A stretch of DNA of 64,000 nt from an uncultured Gammaproteobacteria bacterium (GCA_964355955.1 CAYHFQ010000001.1:103419-167418), one strand, 5' to 3'. Positions 9,836 to 19,092 are shown, counted from the stretch's first letter. The notes: generated by a model not told the origin, from the letters alone. Made by a program: numbers and translations.

Positions 9836-10357
9836 ATGACTAACTTCTCCTTTGCCAAGTTGCGCAAGCTGATCAAGAAGTCGCCCACTGAGTTCACCAT
9901 GTTGGTGCTCATGGCGGTTGTCCTTGGTTATGGTTTGTTGCCAGCCGCGGTTATGGCTGACGAGAAGCCAGGGGACACCTCCTACACCACTCTCCAGATT
10001 GCGGCTATGACCAACGTGCTTAAGCCATATGGTGCTTTGCCTAAGGCTGATTTACGTGGTCCTAACTATACTATCACCGTGCCGGCTACTGCTTATAACA
10101 GTGAGGTCGGTCAGTGTGATGATACTCCGTTTATTACGGCTTCTGGTAGCCATGTGCGTCCTGGTGTGATTGCGGCCAACTTCTTGCCGATCGGTACTAG
10201 GGTTAAGATCCCGAAGTATTACGGTGACCAGATCTTCGTTGTAGAAGACCGTATGAACGCTCGTTATAATAAGCGTATCGACATTTGGATGGAATCTCAT
10301 AGTGAGGCCATTAAGTGGGGTATGAAGAACGTGGAAATCGAAGTCTATAAAAACTAA
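9836..10357 (+). CDS. 3D-domain (MltA/YuiC-like) cell-wall protein with N-terminal signal anchor
   Basis: C-terminal 3D domain pattern (GQCDDTPFITASG...VIAANFLPIGTRVKIP...IFVVEDRMNARYNKRIDIWM). The track start at 9806 is probably too far upstream. ATG 9836 gives the signal-anchor start MTNFSFAKLRKL. Confidence 0.7.
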   Translation: MTNFSFAKLRKLIKKSPTEFTMLVLMAVVLGYGLLPAAVMADEKPGDTSYTTLQIAAMTNVLKPYGALPKADLRGPNYTITVPATAYNSEVGQCDDTPFITASGSHVRPGVIAANFLPIGTRVKIPKYYGDQIFVVEDRMNARYNKRIDIWMESHSEAIKWGMKNVEIEVYKN

Positions 10358-10360
10358 AAC

Positions 10361-10480
10361 TTACCAGCTGGCCTATTTTGGGCTTGTCACTGCGTCGACT
10401 TCTTCGTCTTAGCGCAAACTAAGCCTCAAAAGCTCTCCTTGCTCCGCACCCAAACTAGTCGCAGCTGGATAAGTTTTAAT
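10361..10480. repeat. Family C intergenic repeat, copy 1 (terminal inverted repeats)
   Basis: Shares a 5' block GGCCTATTTTGGGCTTG..ACTGCG and a 3' block GCACCCAAACTAGTC with 60140-60262. Flanked by the 16 bp inverted repeats AAAACTTACCAGCTG / CAGCTGGATAAGTTTT. Confidence 0.6.
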
Positions 10481-10576
10481 GAAATTCTGTTTAGCCAGAG
10501 CCGGCCTGATACGGTCGGCTTTTGGTTTGTGGCGACATCTTGCTTGGGAAGCGGTTCGGTTGTACTCTAGGGATAT

Positions 10577-11146
10577 ATGAAGAAATTATTGAGCTTAGGA
10601 GGTGTGGTGGCTGTTGGGTTCCTAATGTTGGGAGTTGGTTGTAAGCCAATTTCGCAGGTAGCCACGATTGATGACGTACCGAATTCGGGGGTTAGTGTTG
10701 ATAAGCCAGCCGAAGTAGTGAGCGGCAGCTGGTATTTGACCTTTAACCTACCGAAGGATTGGGTGATGGTGCCGCAGTATGACGAAGGGGTACAGAAGGA
10801 TGTGACGAGCGTGCCAGTGACCAGTGATATGTCGGACGTGATTGTACAGAGTACGAACAAGATTATTGCTTTGACCGGTTCATCAGAATTGGAGAAAGAT
10901 TCTTTTGTGACGGATGATTACAGCTATATCCGCGCTTTCCGTTTGGATAAACATTCGGTGATTCCAGCAGAAGCGACAGATTTGGGTAATAATTTCTTCA
11001 AATTAGAAAAAGGTGTGAATGCGACTTATTACTTGAAGGGCAAGGGGAGTAATTATAAGTTTGTAGTGTATTACGATGGTGTTAATTTGAGTGAGGCGGA
11101 GAAGGTGATTGTGTCTGCTAAAGAGGTCACAGCGTTGGCGCAGTAG
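10577..11146 (+). CDS. Lipoprotein, function unknown
   Basis: Signal peptide with lipobox LGVGC. No recognisable domain. Confidence 0.6.
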   Translation: MKKLLSLGGVVAVGFLMLGVGCKPISQVATIDDVPNSGVSVDKPAEVVSGSWYLTFNLPKDWVMVPQYDEGVQKDVTSVPVTSDMSDVIVQSTNKIIALTGSSELEKDSFVTDDYSYIRAFRLDKHSVIPAEATDLGNNFFKLEKGVNATYYLKGKGSNYKFVVYYDGVNLSEAEKVIVSAKEVTALAQ

Positions 11147-11169
11147 AACTTCCTCGAGACAACAAAAAG

Positions 11170-11197
11170 TCCCGGCTCAGATGAGTCGGGATTTTTT
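11170..11197. terminator. Bidirectional rho-independent terminator hairpin
   Basis: CCCGGCTCA-GATG-AGTCGGG stem-loop followed by a T7 run. Serves the lipoprotein gene on plus and tRNA-Cys on minus. Confidence 0.6.
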
Positions 11198-11273
11198 TGG
11201 AGGCCGCGGCCAGGTTCGAACCGGCGCATAGCGGTTTTGCAGACCGCCGCGTTAACCACTTCGCCACGCGGCC
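11198..11273 (-). tRNA. tRNA-Cys (GCA)
   Basis: Minus-strand sequence GGCCGCGTGGCGAAGTGGTTAACGCGGCGGTCTGCAAAACCGC...GGTTCGAACCTGGCCGCGGCCTCCA forms a cloverleaf with a 7 bp acceptor stem, anticodon loop CTGCAAA, T-loop TTCGAAC and an encoded CCA. Confidence 0.85.
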
Positions 11274-11347
11274 AGGATTGATGGTTGACCAGCAGAGGGT
11301 AACAAAAAATCTTCGATTGGGCAATATTTGCGGTGTTTGGCTGAAAT

Positions 11348-11755
11348 TTAAGCCTCAAAAAGAATGCGGATGACCTGAGAGAGTTCCATGGAGGCGAGGT
11401 TTTTCGGGACGAGGGTTTTAATCCGCTTCTCGAGATCTGGGGTGAAAGTAGCGAGAAGCTCGTTTTTGTTAGCTTCAGGGACGCAAAGGATGATGTCGAC
11501 AATAGCTTCGTCGGCGATGACGCGTTTGAGTTCGAGGTTGAGGAGGCGATAAAGCTCATTGCGGCGAACTTGTTTGGCGTGATCGAGGTCGCCAGAAGAT
11601 GCGATGTCGGTATCTGGAACTGGTTCGTCGGTTTCCACCACGGAGAGGGGTTCGATTTCGCGGTCGATTAAAGTGAAGAACTTGGCCAGCTCGTTGTTAG
11701 TTAGAACGAGCAAAGTTTTCTCGGGAAAAGCGCCGTAGTGGTCAGATAACATCAT
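11348..11755 (-). CDS. Hypothetical protein (135 aa)
   Basis: ORF with coding-like composition. No motif recognised. Confidence 0.5.
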   Translation of the reverse strand: MMLSDHYGAFPEKTLLVLTNNELAKFFTLIDREIEPLSVVETDEPVPDTDIASSGDLDHAKQVRRNELYRLLNLELKRVIADEAIVDIILCVPEANKNELLATFTPDLEKRIKTLVPKNLASMELSQVIRILFEA

Positions 11756-11802
11756 ATGTATATAGTCTACAAGGAATCGATAATTATTGCTATACTGTAG
11801 GT

Positions 11803-12792
11803 ATGTTTCTACATCGCTTAGGAAAAGTGCGAGCGCCAGAATTTCCAGTAGGGTTGGTGTGGTTGAACGGAAATAAGGTATCGCTTAAGAAATTAGCGGG
11901 GAAGCCGGTGCTGGTGGATTTTTGGACGTACTCGTGTGTTAATTGTTTACGAACAGTGCCGCATTTACAGAAGATGTATGAGCGTTATCACGATTTAGGT
12001 TTAGAAATTATTGGAGTTCATACGCCTGAGTTTGCCTTTGAACATGATGAGGATAATGTTAAGCGAGCAATAAAAGAGATTGGGATTACTTATCCAGTAG
12101 TGCTCGATAATGATTATGATGTGTGGCATTTATATGCCAATAATTCTTGGCCACATTGCTTCCTTATCGGGCCAGATGGAGTGATTGTGTATGACCATGT
12201 GGGAGAAGGAAACTACGCGGAAACTGAGAAAGCGGTACAGGAAGCGTTGATTGCGGCTGGGGTGACAACACCACTACCGGCGGTAAATGATGATGAGGTT
12301 GGTGAGGGGGGAGTGTGCTACAGGACGACGCCAGAGTTGTATTTGGGATATTTGCGTGGCAAGTATGGAAATAAAGAAGATTTCTTACCAGATGTACCAG
12401 AAGCTTTTACTGATCATGGGATAATTCTGGAGGATACGCCGTATTTGCATGGGCACTGGCAGATTTGTGGGGAGTATGTGATGCATGCTAAAGAGCTGGC
12501 GGTAGCGAGTGAGTATTTGGCGTTAAAATATAGCGCGTTTGGGGTCAATTTGGTGCTGGCAACTGAAGAAGATGTGACAGTGGCTATTGAACTTGATGGT
12601 TTGCCGCTCCCTGATGATATGCTGGGAAGCGATGTTAAACGGGCTAAAGACGGAGCGTCGATTATTAAGGTGAAAGAAGCGAGGATGTATAATTTAGTGA
12701 AGGCTAGTGTTTATCATCAGGGTACGCTCAAGATTTTAACGAAAGACGTGGGGGTAAAGTTTTATGCTTTTACATTCGATGGCTGCGGATAG
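11803..12792 (+). CDS. Thioredoxin-fold (redoxin/TlpA-like) thiol-disulfide oxidoreductase with C-terminal extension
   Basis: CxxC active site in context VDFWTYSCVNCLRTVPHLQKMYERY, typical of AhpC/TSA-redoxin family proteins. Confidence 0.7.
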   Translation: MFLHRLGKVRAPEFPVGLVWLNGNKVSLKKLAGKPVLVDFWTYSCVNCLRTVPHLQKMYERYHDLGLEIIGVHTPEFAFEHDEDNVKRAIKEIGITYPVVLDNDYDVWHLYANNSWPHCFLIGPDGVIVYDHVGEGNYAETEKAVQEALIAAGVTTPLPAVNDDEVGEGGVCYRTTPELYLGYLRGKYGNKEDFLPDVPEAFTDHGIILEDTPYLHGHWQICGEYVMHAKELAVASEYLALKYSAFGVNLVLATEEDVTVAIELDGLPLPDDMLGSDVKRAKDGASIIKVKEARMYNLVKASVYHQGTLKILTKDVGVKFYAFTFDGCG

Positions 12793-12831
12793 TTTGTAAA
12801 AAGTGACTATTTTCGCTACACTGGGGCCAGT

Positions 12832-14001
12832 ATGATGGGATTAGGAGCGGCTAAAAGAATATATTTTGATCATGCGGCCGCCACGCCGCTTGATTTGCGG
12901 GTGAGTAAGGTGATGGCACCCTATGTTAGCGAAGATTTTGGCAATCCGTCGAGTGTGCATGCGGAGGGGAGAAAGGCTAAGAAGGCGATTGAGGAGGCGA
13001 GAAAGCAGGTAGCGGAGACGTTGGGAGTGAGTTCGGAAGAGATTGTCTTTACTTCGGGGGCGACGGAGTCAATTAATTTGTGTTACAGAGGTTTGATAGA
13101 GGCTGCTCCGAAGGATAAGAGGCATGTAGTGACTTTGGCCACGGAACATATGGCGACGTTACGGGTACTGCAAGATTTGGGTTGCGAAGTAACTTTTTTA
13201 CCGGTAGATAAGGATGGCTTGATAAGCGTCGATGAAGTGAGGAAAGCGATAAGACCTGAGACAGTGCTCGTAACCATGATGTACGTCAATAACGAGATTG
13301 GGACAATTTTGCCGATTGCGGAAGTGGGGAACATGATCGCGAAGATGAAGAGAGTAAAGAAAGAAGTTTATCCGATTTTTTTTACGGATGCGGTACAGGC
13401 GGTGAATAGTTTGTCACTTGAGGTGACGAAGCTCCATGTAGACGCATTGTGTCTATCTGGCAGTAAGATGTATGGACCGAAAGGAAGCGGTGTGTTGTAT
13501 GTTAAGAAAGGAACGCCGATGAAGGCACAGATAATGGGTGGTACGCAGGAGCATGGGATGAGAGCGGGGACTGAGAATGTGTCTGCAATTGTGGGTTTGG
13601 CGACGGCTTTGAAAATCGCGCAAGCTGAGCACGAAGATTATGAGCAGAGATTGAGGCCGCTGCAGAAGATGTTATTTGAAGGGATAATGACGAAAATACC
13701 CGGAGCAACGGTTAATGGCCACCGAACACAGCGAGTGTGCAATAACGTGAATGTGAGCTTGCCAGAGGTCGACGGCGAGGCAGTGGTCATGTATCTTGAT
13801 GGTGCTGGGATAGCAGCTAGTACGGCTTCCTCCTGTACCTCGAGTGCGGGAGCAAGTCATGTGATTAAGGCGTTGGGTAAGAGTATAACCGAGGCCGAGA
13901 GTAGCGTGCGATTTACCCTTGGTAGAAGTACGACCAAACAACAAGTGAAAAAAGTTATTCAAGAACTAGTGCGGATTGTCGCGCTACTCAAAATTTCTTA
14001 A
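12832..14001 (+). CDS. Cysteine desulfurase (class V aminotransferase, IscS/NifS-like)
   Basis: PLP-lysine motif region LSGSKMYGPKGSGVLYV, with Ser replacing the usual His of SGHK. Active-site Cys loop in SSCTSSAGASHV. Length and overall pattern match IscS/NifS. Confidence 0.8.
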   Translation: MMGLGAAKRIYFDHAAATPLDLRVSKVMAPYVSEDFGNPSSVHAEGRKAKKAIEEARKQVAETLGVSSEEIVFTSGATESINLCYRGLIEAAPKDKRHVVTLATEHMATLRVLQDLGCEVTFLPVDKDGLISVDEVRKAIRPETVLVTMMYVNNEIGTILPIAEVGNMIAKMKRVKKEVYPIFFTDAVQAVNSLSLEVTKLHVDALCLSGSKMYGPKGSGVLYVKKGTPMKAQIMGGTQEHGMRAGTENVSAIVGLATALKIAQAEHEDYEQRLRPLQKMLFEGIMTKIPGATVNGHRTQRVCNNVNVSLPEVDGEAVVMYLDGAGIAASTASSCTSSAGASHVIKALGKSITEAESSVRFTLGRSTTKQQVKKVIQELVRIVALLKIS

Positions 14002-14002
14002 T

Positions 14003-14269
14003 ATGAAGTTACGAATCGTAGTTGACCCAGATTTGTGTATTGGCGCGGCCAGCTGTGTGACGATAGCGCCGGAAACTTTTCAGATGAACATGGAGAATAA
14101 GGCAGAGGTAATTGATCACGGCATTGCCGATGGCGGGCCGAGTTACGAACGAGTACTGGAGGTAAGTGAAGAAGAAAAAGATACGATTATCTTGGGCGCG
14201 CAGTCCTGCCCGACGTTGGCGATTACGATTTTCGACGAAAGTGGGGCTCAGCTCTATCCGGCGATTTAG
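14003..14269 (+). CDS. Ferredoxin (single-cluster, COG1141-like)
   Basis: VDPDLCIGAASCVTIAPETF...CPTLAI cysteine pattern. Track start 13976 overlaps the preceding gene. ATG 14003 (MKLRIVV) is more plausible. Confidence 0.7.
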   Translation: MKLRIVVDPDLCIGAASCVTIAPETFQMNMENKAEVIDHGIADGGPSYERVLEVSEEEKDTIILGAQSCPTLAITIFDESGAQLYPAI

Positions 14270-14321
14270 CTGTCTTTGCGAGGAGACCGACGACGAAGCA
14301 ATCTTGGTCTATCGCTAGCCA

Positions 14322-14480
14322 CTCGGGTCGCTCGCAACCGCCATGTCTCCTCTTCCTAGCTGCGCCTCGTCAACCGTGCCAGCTGGCTCACCTCGTCTGA
14401 CTCGGGGGCTGGCACAGGGCCGAGGCTGGCGTCGTCAGAGGAGACATGGCAGTCGCTCGCTCCTACAAGGCTCAGGCTCA
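14322..14480. repeat. Family A structured intergenic repeat, copy 1
   Basis: About 160 bp element with conserved core CCTCGTCAACCG.GCCAGC.G.CTCACCTCGT.TGACTCGGG.GCTGGC.CAGGGCCGAGGCTGGCGTCGTCAGAGGA flanked by GTCGCTCGC. An internal 13 bp inverted repeat CCATGTCTCCTCT / AGAGGAGACATGG. Four copies in the window. Confidence 0.7.
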
Positions 14481-14537
14481 CTAATGATTTAATCTACCGA
14501 CTACCAACTACAATCTACCAACTTTTGAATACTTTAT

Positions 14538-15713
14538 ATGCAATACGTAATCATCGGTGGGGGCATTGCCGGGACAACGACAGCGGAAGAGTTGCGCAAG
14601 GCTGATGCCACGGCTGAGATTACGATTGTGGATGAAGAGGCGCACGCTTGTTATTCGAGAGTATTATTGCCGCATTATATTAATGGCAAGGTGCCACGGG
14701 AGAAGGTTTTTTTGCGCACGGAGAAGTGGTATGCAGAACAGAGGATTGAAAGACTGGCTGGGACGATTGTGACGGAAATTGATACAAAGAATAATTTTGT
14801 GACGATTCATAGCGGCCGAGAGTTGCCGTATAATAAGTTGTTGCTGGCGACAGGCGGGCAGTTGAATTTGGCGCAGACTGACCCGAAGGGCGTGTGTTAC
14901 TTGCAAACACTCGACGATGCTGATGGGATTGTGGCGCGCTTGACCGAGGTGAAGAGGTTGCCAAAGGAACAACAACGGGCAGTGATTATTGGCGGCGGGT
15001 TTATTTGCTTAGAGTTTGTTAATATTTTTGCGCTGCATGAGGTGTTGACTACGGTTGTGGTGCGTGGCGATGGATTTTGGTCACGAGTATTGAGCGCGCA
15101 AGCTAAGGCGGTGTTGGCTAAGCAAGCGGCGAGCAAGGGTGTAACGCTTTTGACGGGGCAAACTGAGGCAGTGCCTGTTGGTGAGATAGAGGTACATGGC
15201 GTGCAGTTGGCCGATGGTACGGTGTTGTCAGCGTCGATGGTTGGTGTGGGGTTGGGAACGCATGCTGATAAGTCCTTATTTGTGGAGGCTGGCGTCGACA
15301 TTAAGTCCGGGATTTTGGCGAATAGCTATCTGGAGACGAACTTACCGAATGTTTATACGGCTGGTGATGCGGCCGAGTTTAGTCATCCGTTACTAGGACG
15401 CCAGATGCATATTGGTAATTGGTTGAACGCGCAAATGCAGGGGAAGGCGGTAGCAAAGACAATGATTGGTGAGAGAACGGAGTTTAGTTTGGTGTCGTCG
15501 TATTCAACTAATCTGCTCGGCATGCATATTGTGTTTATAGGGGATGCTAACCCTGAGTTTGCCAGCGAAGTTAGGTGTCATAAGGCGACGGAAACGAGTT
15601 GTGTCGACCTTTACGTTAGAAATGATAAGATAGTGGGGGCAGTGCTGATTGGGGACTTGGCTGACAGGGCTTTAATCACGAAAGCTATTCAAGAAGGAAA
15701 ATCGACCCTATAA
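14538..15713 (+). CDS. FAD/NAD(P)-dependent oxidoreductase (ferredoxin/rubredoxin-reductase-like)
   Basis: N-terminal Rossmann VIIGGGIAGTTTAEEL and a second dinucleotide site AVIIGGGFICLEF. Adjacent to the ferredoxin and IscS genes. Confidence 0.7.
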   Translation: MQYVIIGGGIAGTTTAEELRKADATAEITIVDEEAHACYSRVLLPHYINGKVPREKVFLRTEKWYAEQRIERLAGTIVTEIDTKNNFVTIHSGRELPYNKLLLATGGQLNLAQTDPKGVCYLQTLDDADGIVARLTEVKRLPKEQQRAVIIGGGFICLEFVNIFALHEVLTTVVVRGDGFWSRVLSAQAKAVLAKQAASKGVTLLTGQTEAVPVGEIEVHGVQLADGTVLSASMVGVGLGTHADKSLFVEAGVDIKSGILANSYLETNLPNVYTAGDAAEFSHPLLGRQMHIGNWLNAQMQGKAVAKTMIGERTEFSLVSSYSTNLLGMHIVFIGDANPEFASEVRCHKATETSCVDLYVRNDKIVGAVLIGDLADRALITKAIQEGKSTL

Positions 15714-15723
15714 TTACGGCAAT

Positions 15724-16794
15724 ATGGCACATATGTTAGACCAAGCAAAAGTTTACGCAGCTTACGACCCAGATGACATTGCTTATGGCATTGATCATTT
15801 AGCTGAGCAAGTGCGATTAGCTTGGAGCGAGAGCCGATTGGTGAAATTCCCAGCCTCGTATAAGACGTGTAGCAACATTGTGATTGCCGGAATGGGCGGT
15901 TCGGCGTTAGGGCCAGAGATGCTGCAGAGTGTGTTTTTTAATAATTTGATGGTACCGGTGACGATTGTGCGCGGTTATGATTTACCGTCGTTTGTTGATA
16001 ATAAGACGTTGGTGCTGTTGTCGAGCTTTTCGGGGACGACTGAGGAGGTACTGGAGGCAGCGATGGTGGCCAAGAAACGCAAGGCTAAGATTTTTGCGAT
16101 CGCAGCGGGAGGGGATTTGGCTAAATTGGCGGAGAAAGAGGGTTGGCCAATGTATGTGTTTACGCCGGGAGATTTGGCTAAGCAGCCACGGTTGGGAACT
16201 GGCTTTTCGCTGGCTGGAATTTTGGGCATGATGTCGACCTTGGAGTATGTGAAGTTTGGCGAAGCGGATGTGCGACGCTTGCTGACGGCGATGGGCGATG
16301 TGCTCGATACCTGTGCGGTGGATGTGACTGACACGGATAATCCAGCTAAGACGGTGGCGAAGAGTTTGCATGGTCGGACGGTGTTTGTGATTGGGGCGGA
16401 ACATCTGCTCGGCAATGCGCACGTTTTGAGCAATCAGATTAATGAAACCAGCAAGCAGTTTGCAACTTATTTTGCGCTGCCAGAACTTAACCATCACTTG
16501 CTGGAAGGACTGACGTTTCCGAAGGGGTTTATTAAAAATGTGACGGTATTGATGTTACGTTCGAGCCATTATCATGAACGAGTTCAAAAGAGGTTCAAGG
16601 TGACGGCGGATATTTTTGAAAGGATTGGGATAGAAGTGATTGAGTATGATTGCGGAGGCAAAGATGCGATTGAGGAATGCGGCGAGGTGCTGCAGTACGG
16701 GAGCTTTTTGAGTTATTACTTGGCGATGTTGAATTATGTGAACCCGACGCCGATTCCGTTTGTTGATGAGTTTAAGAGTAAGATGGCGAGTTAG
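15724..16794 (+). CDS. Bifunctional phosphoglucose/phosphomannose isomerase (SIS-domain)
   Basis: SIS-domain motif IVIAGMGGSALGPEML. About 350 aa, typical of archaeal-type PGI/PMI. Confidence 0.75.
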   Translation: MAHMLDQAKVYAAYDPDDIAYGIDHLAEQVRLAWSESRLVKFPASYKTCSNIVIAGMGGSALGPEMLQSVFFNNLMVPVTIVRGYDLPSFVDNKTLVLLSSFSGTTEEVLEAAMVAKKRKAKIFAIAAGGDLAKLAEKEGWPMYVFTPGDLAKQPRLGTGFSLAGILGMMSTLEYVKFGEADVRRLLTAMGDVLDTCAVDVTDTDNPAKTVAKSLHGRTVFVIGAEHLLGNAHVLSNQINETSKQFATYFALPELNHHLLEGLTFPKGFIKNVTVLMLRSSHYHERVQKRFKVTADIFERIGIEVIEYDCGGKDAIEECGEVLQYGSFLSYYLAMLNYVNPTPIPFVDEFKSKMAS

Positions 16795-16825
16795 AGGGTA
16801 GATAGTAGAAGGAAGGAAATTAAAG

Positions 16826-16862
16826 GCCGAGTCTCCTGTAGCAGGAGGCTCGGCTTTTTACG
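16826..16862 (+). terminator. Rho-independent terminator
   Basis: GCCGAGTCTCCTG-TAGC-AGGAGGCTCGGC hairpin followed by TTTTT. Confidence 0.65.
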
Positions 16863-16882
16863 ACGACGTTACGCGAGCACAC

Positions 16883-17476
16883 TCAGTTGAGTAGCAGCTT
16901 GAGGTGTCGGAGTTGGTCCTCAAGCTCACGCCACTTTTCGGAGCGGCAGTACAGCTCAGCGCTCAGCAACTCGACACCGCGCATGGCGTAGTTCTGTGGA
17001 CCATACCTCGGTCCACCAAAGTTGATTGGCCGCACCTCGAGCTCCACCACATGGATGAAGTGCTCCGCCAAGCATCGGACCCGTCGCCTGCGCTTCTGGT
17101 CACAGAAGATGGTGACGTCACCACGGTAGTCGGCATTCAGGCTGAGGATGACCTCGCGGAAAAGTTGTAATGACTCCGGCAAGCTCGCCGCTTCTTCCGT
17201 CGCCTTGAACGTAAACCGCTCAGTGTGGCCGAACCGATCGTTTAGTGCTTGCTGCAAATGGGGCAGGAACACCGAGGTCTCTGTCGATTCTGGCCGGTGT
17301 CGACTGGTCACCCTGCTGTTCAGGACAAAGCAGACTTGCTGCTCGACCGACCACTTGGCTACCTCCTCGGCTATCTGCTTGGCTCGTAGCCACAAAACTG
17401 TTTCACCATCGGTATCCCCGACCTTGGGAATACCGGCCAAACACAACAAGACGAGATGACGTTGTTTATTGTGCAT
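16883..17476 (-). CDS. Hypothetical protein X (GC-rich cassette), possible PD-(D/E)xK-like motif
   Basis: ORF from probable ATG at 17474-17476 (MHNKQRHLVLLCLAGIPKVGDTDGE...). A D...D-Q-K arrangement (NADYRGDVTIFCDQK) loosely resembles a PD-(D/E)xK nuclease core. No confident family assignment. Confidence 0.5.
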   Translation of the reverse strand: MHNKQRHLVLLCLAGIPKVGDTDGETVLWLRAKQIAEEVAKWSVEQQVCFVLNSRVTSRHRPESTETSVFLPHLQQALNDRFGHTERFTFKATEEAASLPESLQLFREVILSLNADYRGDVTIFCDQKRRRRVRCLAEHFIHVVELEVRPINFGGPRYGPQNYAMRGVELLSAELYCRSEKWRELEDQLRHLKLLLN

Positions 17477-17604
17477 TTCTGCTCCCTGTAATTTTACCGT
17501 CGCACCTTGCGCCAGTGCTCTAAGGTTGGCAGAATTTAGGCTTTTCGTCAAACAGAAAACCCTCACACCGCGAGGCATGAGAGCCTTCTGGTTGAGGGTT
17601 GAGT

Positions 17605-18091
17605 TCAACGCTTCGTGCTGGTCGATGCGGCTCGCAGCAGCTCGTTGTACAGCGGCCGCAGGTCACCTCGGGCTTGCAGCAAGTAGACGTGCAGGTCGCA
17701 CAGCTGATACCGGTCGTGCCACGCTTCGAGCTCATCCAGGGCTGCACCAGCCGGAGTCTTGATGGCTGTTGTCACCACTACCGCGACAATGCCAACCGCC
17801 TGACAACGTCGCACCTCCGTCGCCACCACCTCAGCGTTGATCGAAGTCAGTTCAAGGAAGACTACCTGCGGCTTGGTCTTCTCCTCGCCGAGCGGTATGG
17901 GCTTGTCTGGTTCGCTCGAGCGGTCCATCACCTGCAACCAGCCGTTCTGCGGCAAAGTTTCGTAGCGAGCGGTCAGGACTACCGGCGTCGAGTACGTCAC
18001 GATGAAGAAGCGGATGGGCTCGGTCTTGAGCAGGTTGACCAGCAGCGGCAAGAAGTCGTGAGCAAAGGCGAGAGTAAAAGGCTTGGAGGAC
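17605..18091 (-). CDS. Hypothetical protein Y (GC-rich cassette)
   Basis: ORF from probable ATG at 18089-18091 (MSSKPFTLAFAHDFLPLLVNLLK...). Co-directional with X, separated by ~130 nt. GC roughly 57% versus ~48-50% in flanking genes. Confidence 0.5.
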
Positions 18092-18227
18092 ATGGGGACT
18101 CCTGTTCGGTTGTGCATCTCGCGAATTACGAGACTAAACAATATACCAAAAATCCCCACTTTCGTCAATCTTCTAGTCGCGGTATACTGTTTAGGAAATT
18201 CGTTATTCACTGGCCGAAATACCGTCT

Positions 18228-19091
18228 ATGAAGATTAGAAAAGCTATCATTCCAGTGGCAGGAATGGGAACAAGATTCCTTCCAGCTACCAAAGCCCAAC
18301 CAAAAGAAATGCTGCCGGTCGTGGATAAGCCAGTCATTCAATACATCGTGGAAGAAGCCGTAGCTGCCGGCATTGAAGAGATTATTTTCGTTACCGCCAT
18401 CGGTAAGCAGGCACTCGAGAATCACTTTGACCGCAACTTCGAGCTCGAATATCGCTTGGAACAAAAAGGCAAACTCAAAGAACTCGAAGCCATTCGCGAG
18501 GTTGGCAAGCTCGCCAAGTTCGCCTTTGTCCGCCAGCAAAAGCCAATGGGTGACGGTCATGCTTTACTCTCCGCCGCCCCTTTTGTCGGTGCTGACGAAG
18601 CCGTGGCTGTGCTCTTCGGTGACGATATTATTACTGGGAAGGTTCCAGCTATCGGCCAGTTAATCGCCACCTACGAAAAATACGGCGACCCTGTCATCGC
18701 CATCCAAGAAATCCCCCGCGACCAAGTTTCCCGCTACGGCGTCATTGGTGGCGTCGAGCTCGATGCTTCTACCTGGCAAATTGACCGCTTTGTGGAAAAG
18801 CCAAAAGTCGAAGAAGCCCCAAGTAACCTAGCCGCTGTTGGTCGCTACATTATCACTCCCGAAATTCTGCGCCGCTTAGAAACTCAAACGCCAGGGAAAG
18901 ATGGTGAAATTCGTCTAGCTGATGCTTTCGAGGCTCAATTGGCCGACAATCGTCCGCTCTACGGCTGCAAATTTGCCGGTCGTCGCTACGACTGTGGCAA
19001 CAAACTCCAATTCATCATTGCCCAGATCGAGCTCGGCCTCACCCATCCCGAAGTCAGTGCAGACTTAAAGGAATATCTAAAGTCGCTCTAA
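18228..19091 (+). CDS. galU: UTP--glucose-1-phosphate uridylyltransferase
   Basis: N-terminal AIIPVAGMGTRFLPATKAQPKEMLPVVDKPVIQY signature of GalU. Confidence 0.9.
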   Translation: MKIRKAIIPVAGMGTRFLPATKAQPKEMLPVVDKPVIQYIVEEAVAAGIEEIIFVTAIGKQALENHFDRNFELEYRLEQKGKLKELEAIREVGKLAKFAFVRQQKPMGDGHALLSAAPFVGADEAVAVLFGDDIITGKVPAIGQLIATYEKYGDPVIAIQEIPRDQVSRYGVIGGVELDASTWQIDRFVEKPKVEEAPSNLAAVGRYIITPEILRRLETQTPGKDGEIRLADAFEAQLADNRPLYGCKFAGRRYDCGNKLQFIIAQIELGLTHPEVSADLKEYLKSL

Positions 19092-19092
19092 T

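Noticed and set aside
17599-18231. 210 aa plus-strand ORF, with other long ORFs between 16.9 and 18.2 kb (17148..17459, 17245..17523, 17469..17762)
   Set aside because: They overlap the two minus-strand genes X and Y in a GC-rich segment. Their translations are Arg/Ser/Cys-rich low-complexity sequence, whereas the minus-strand products look protein-like.
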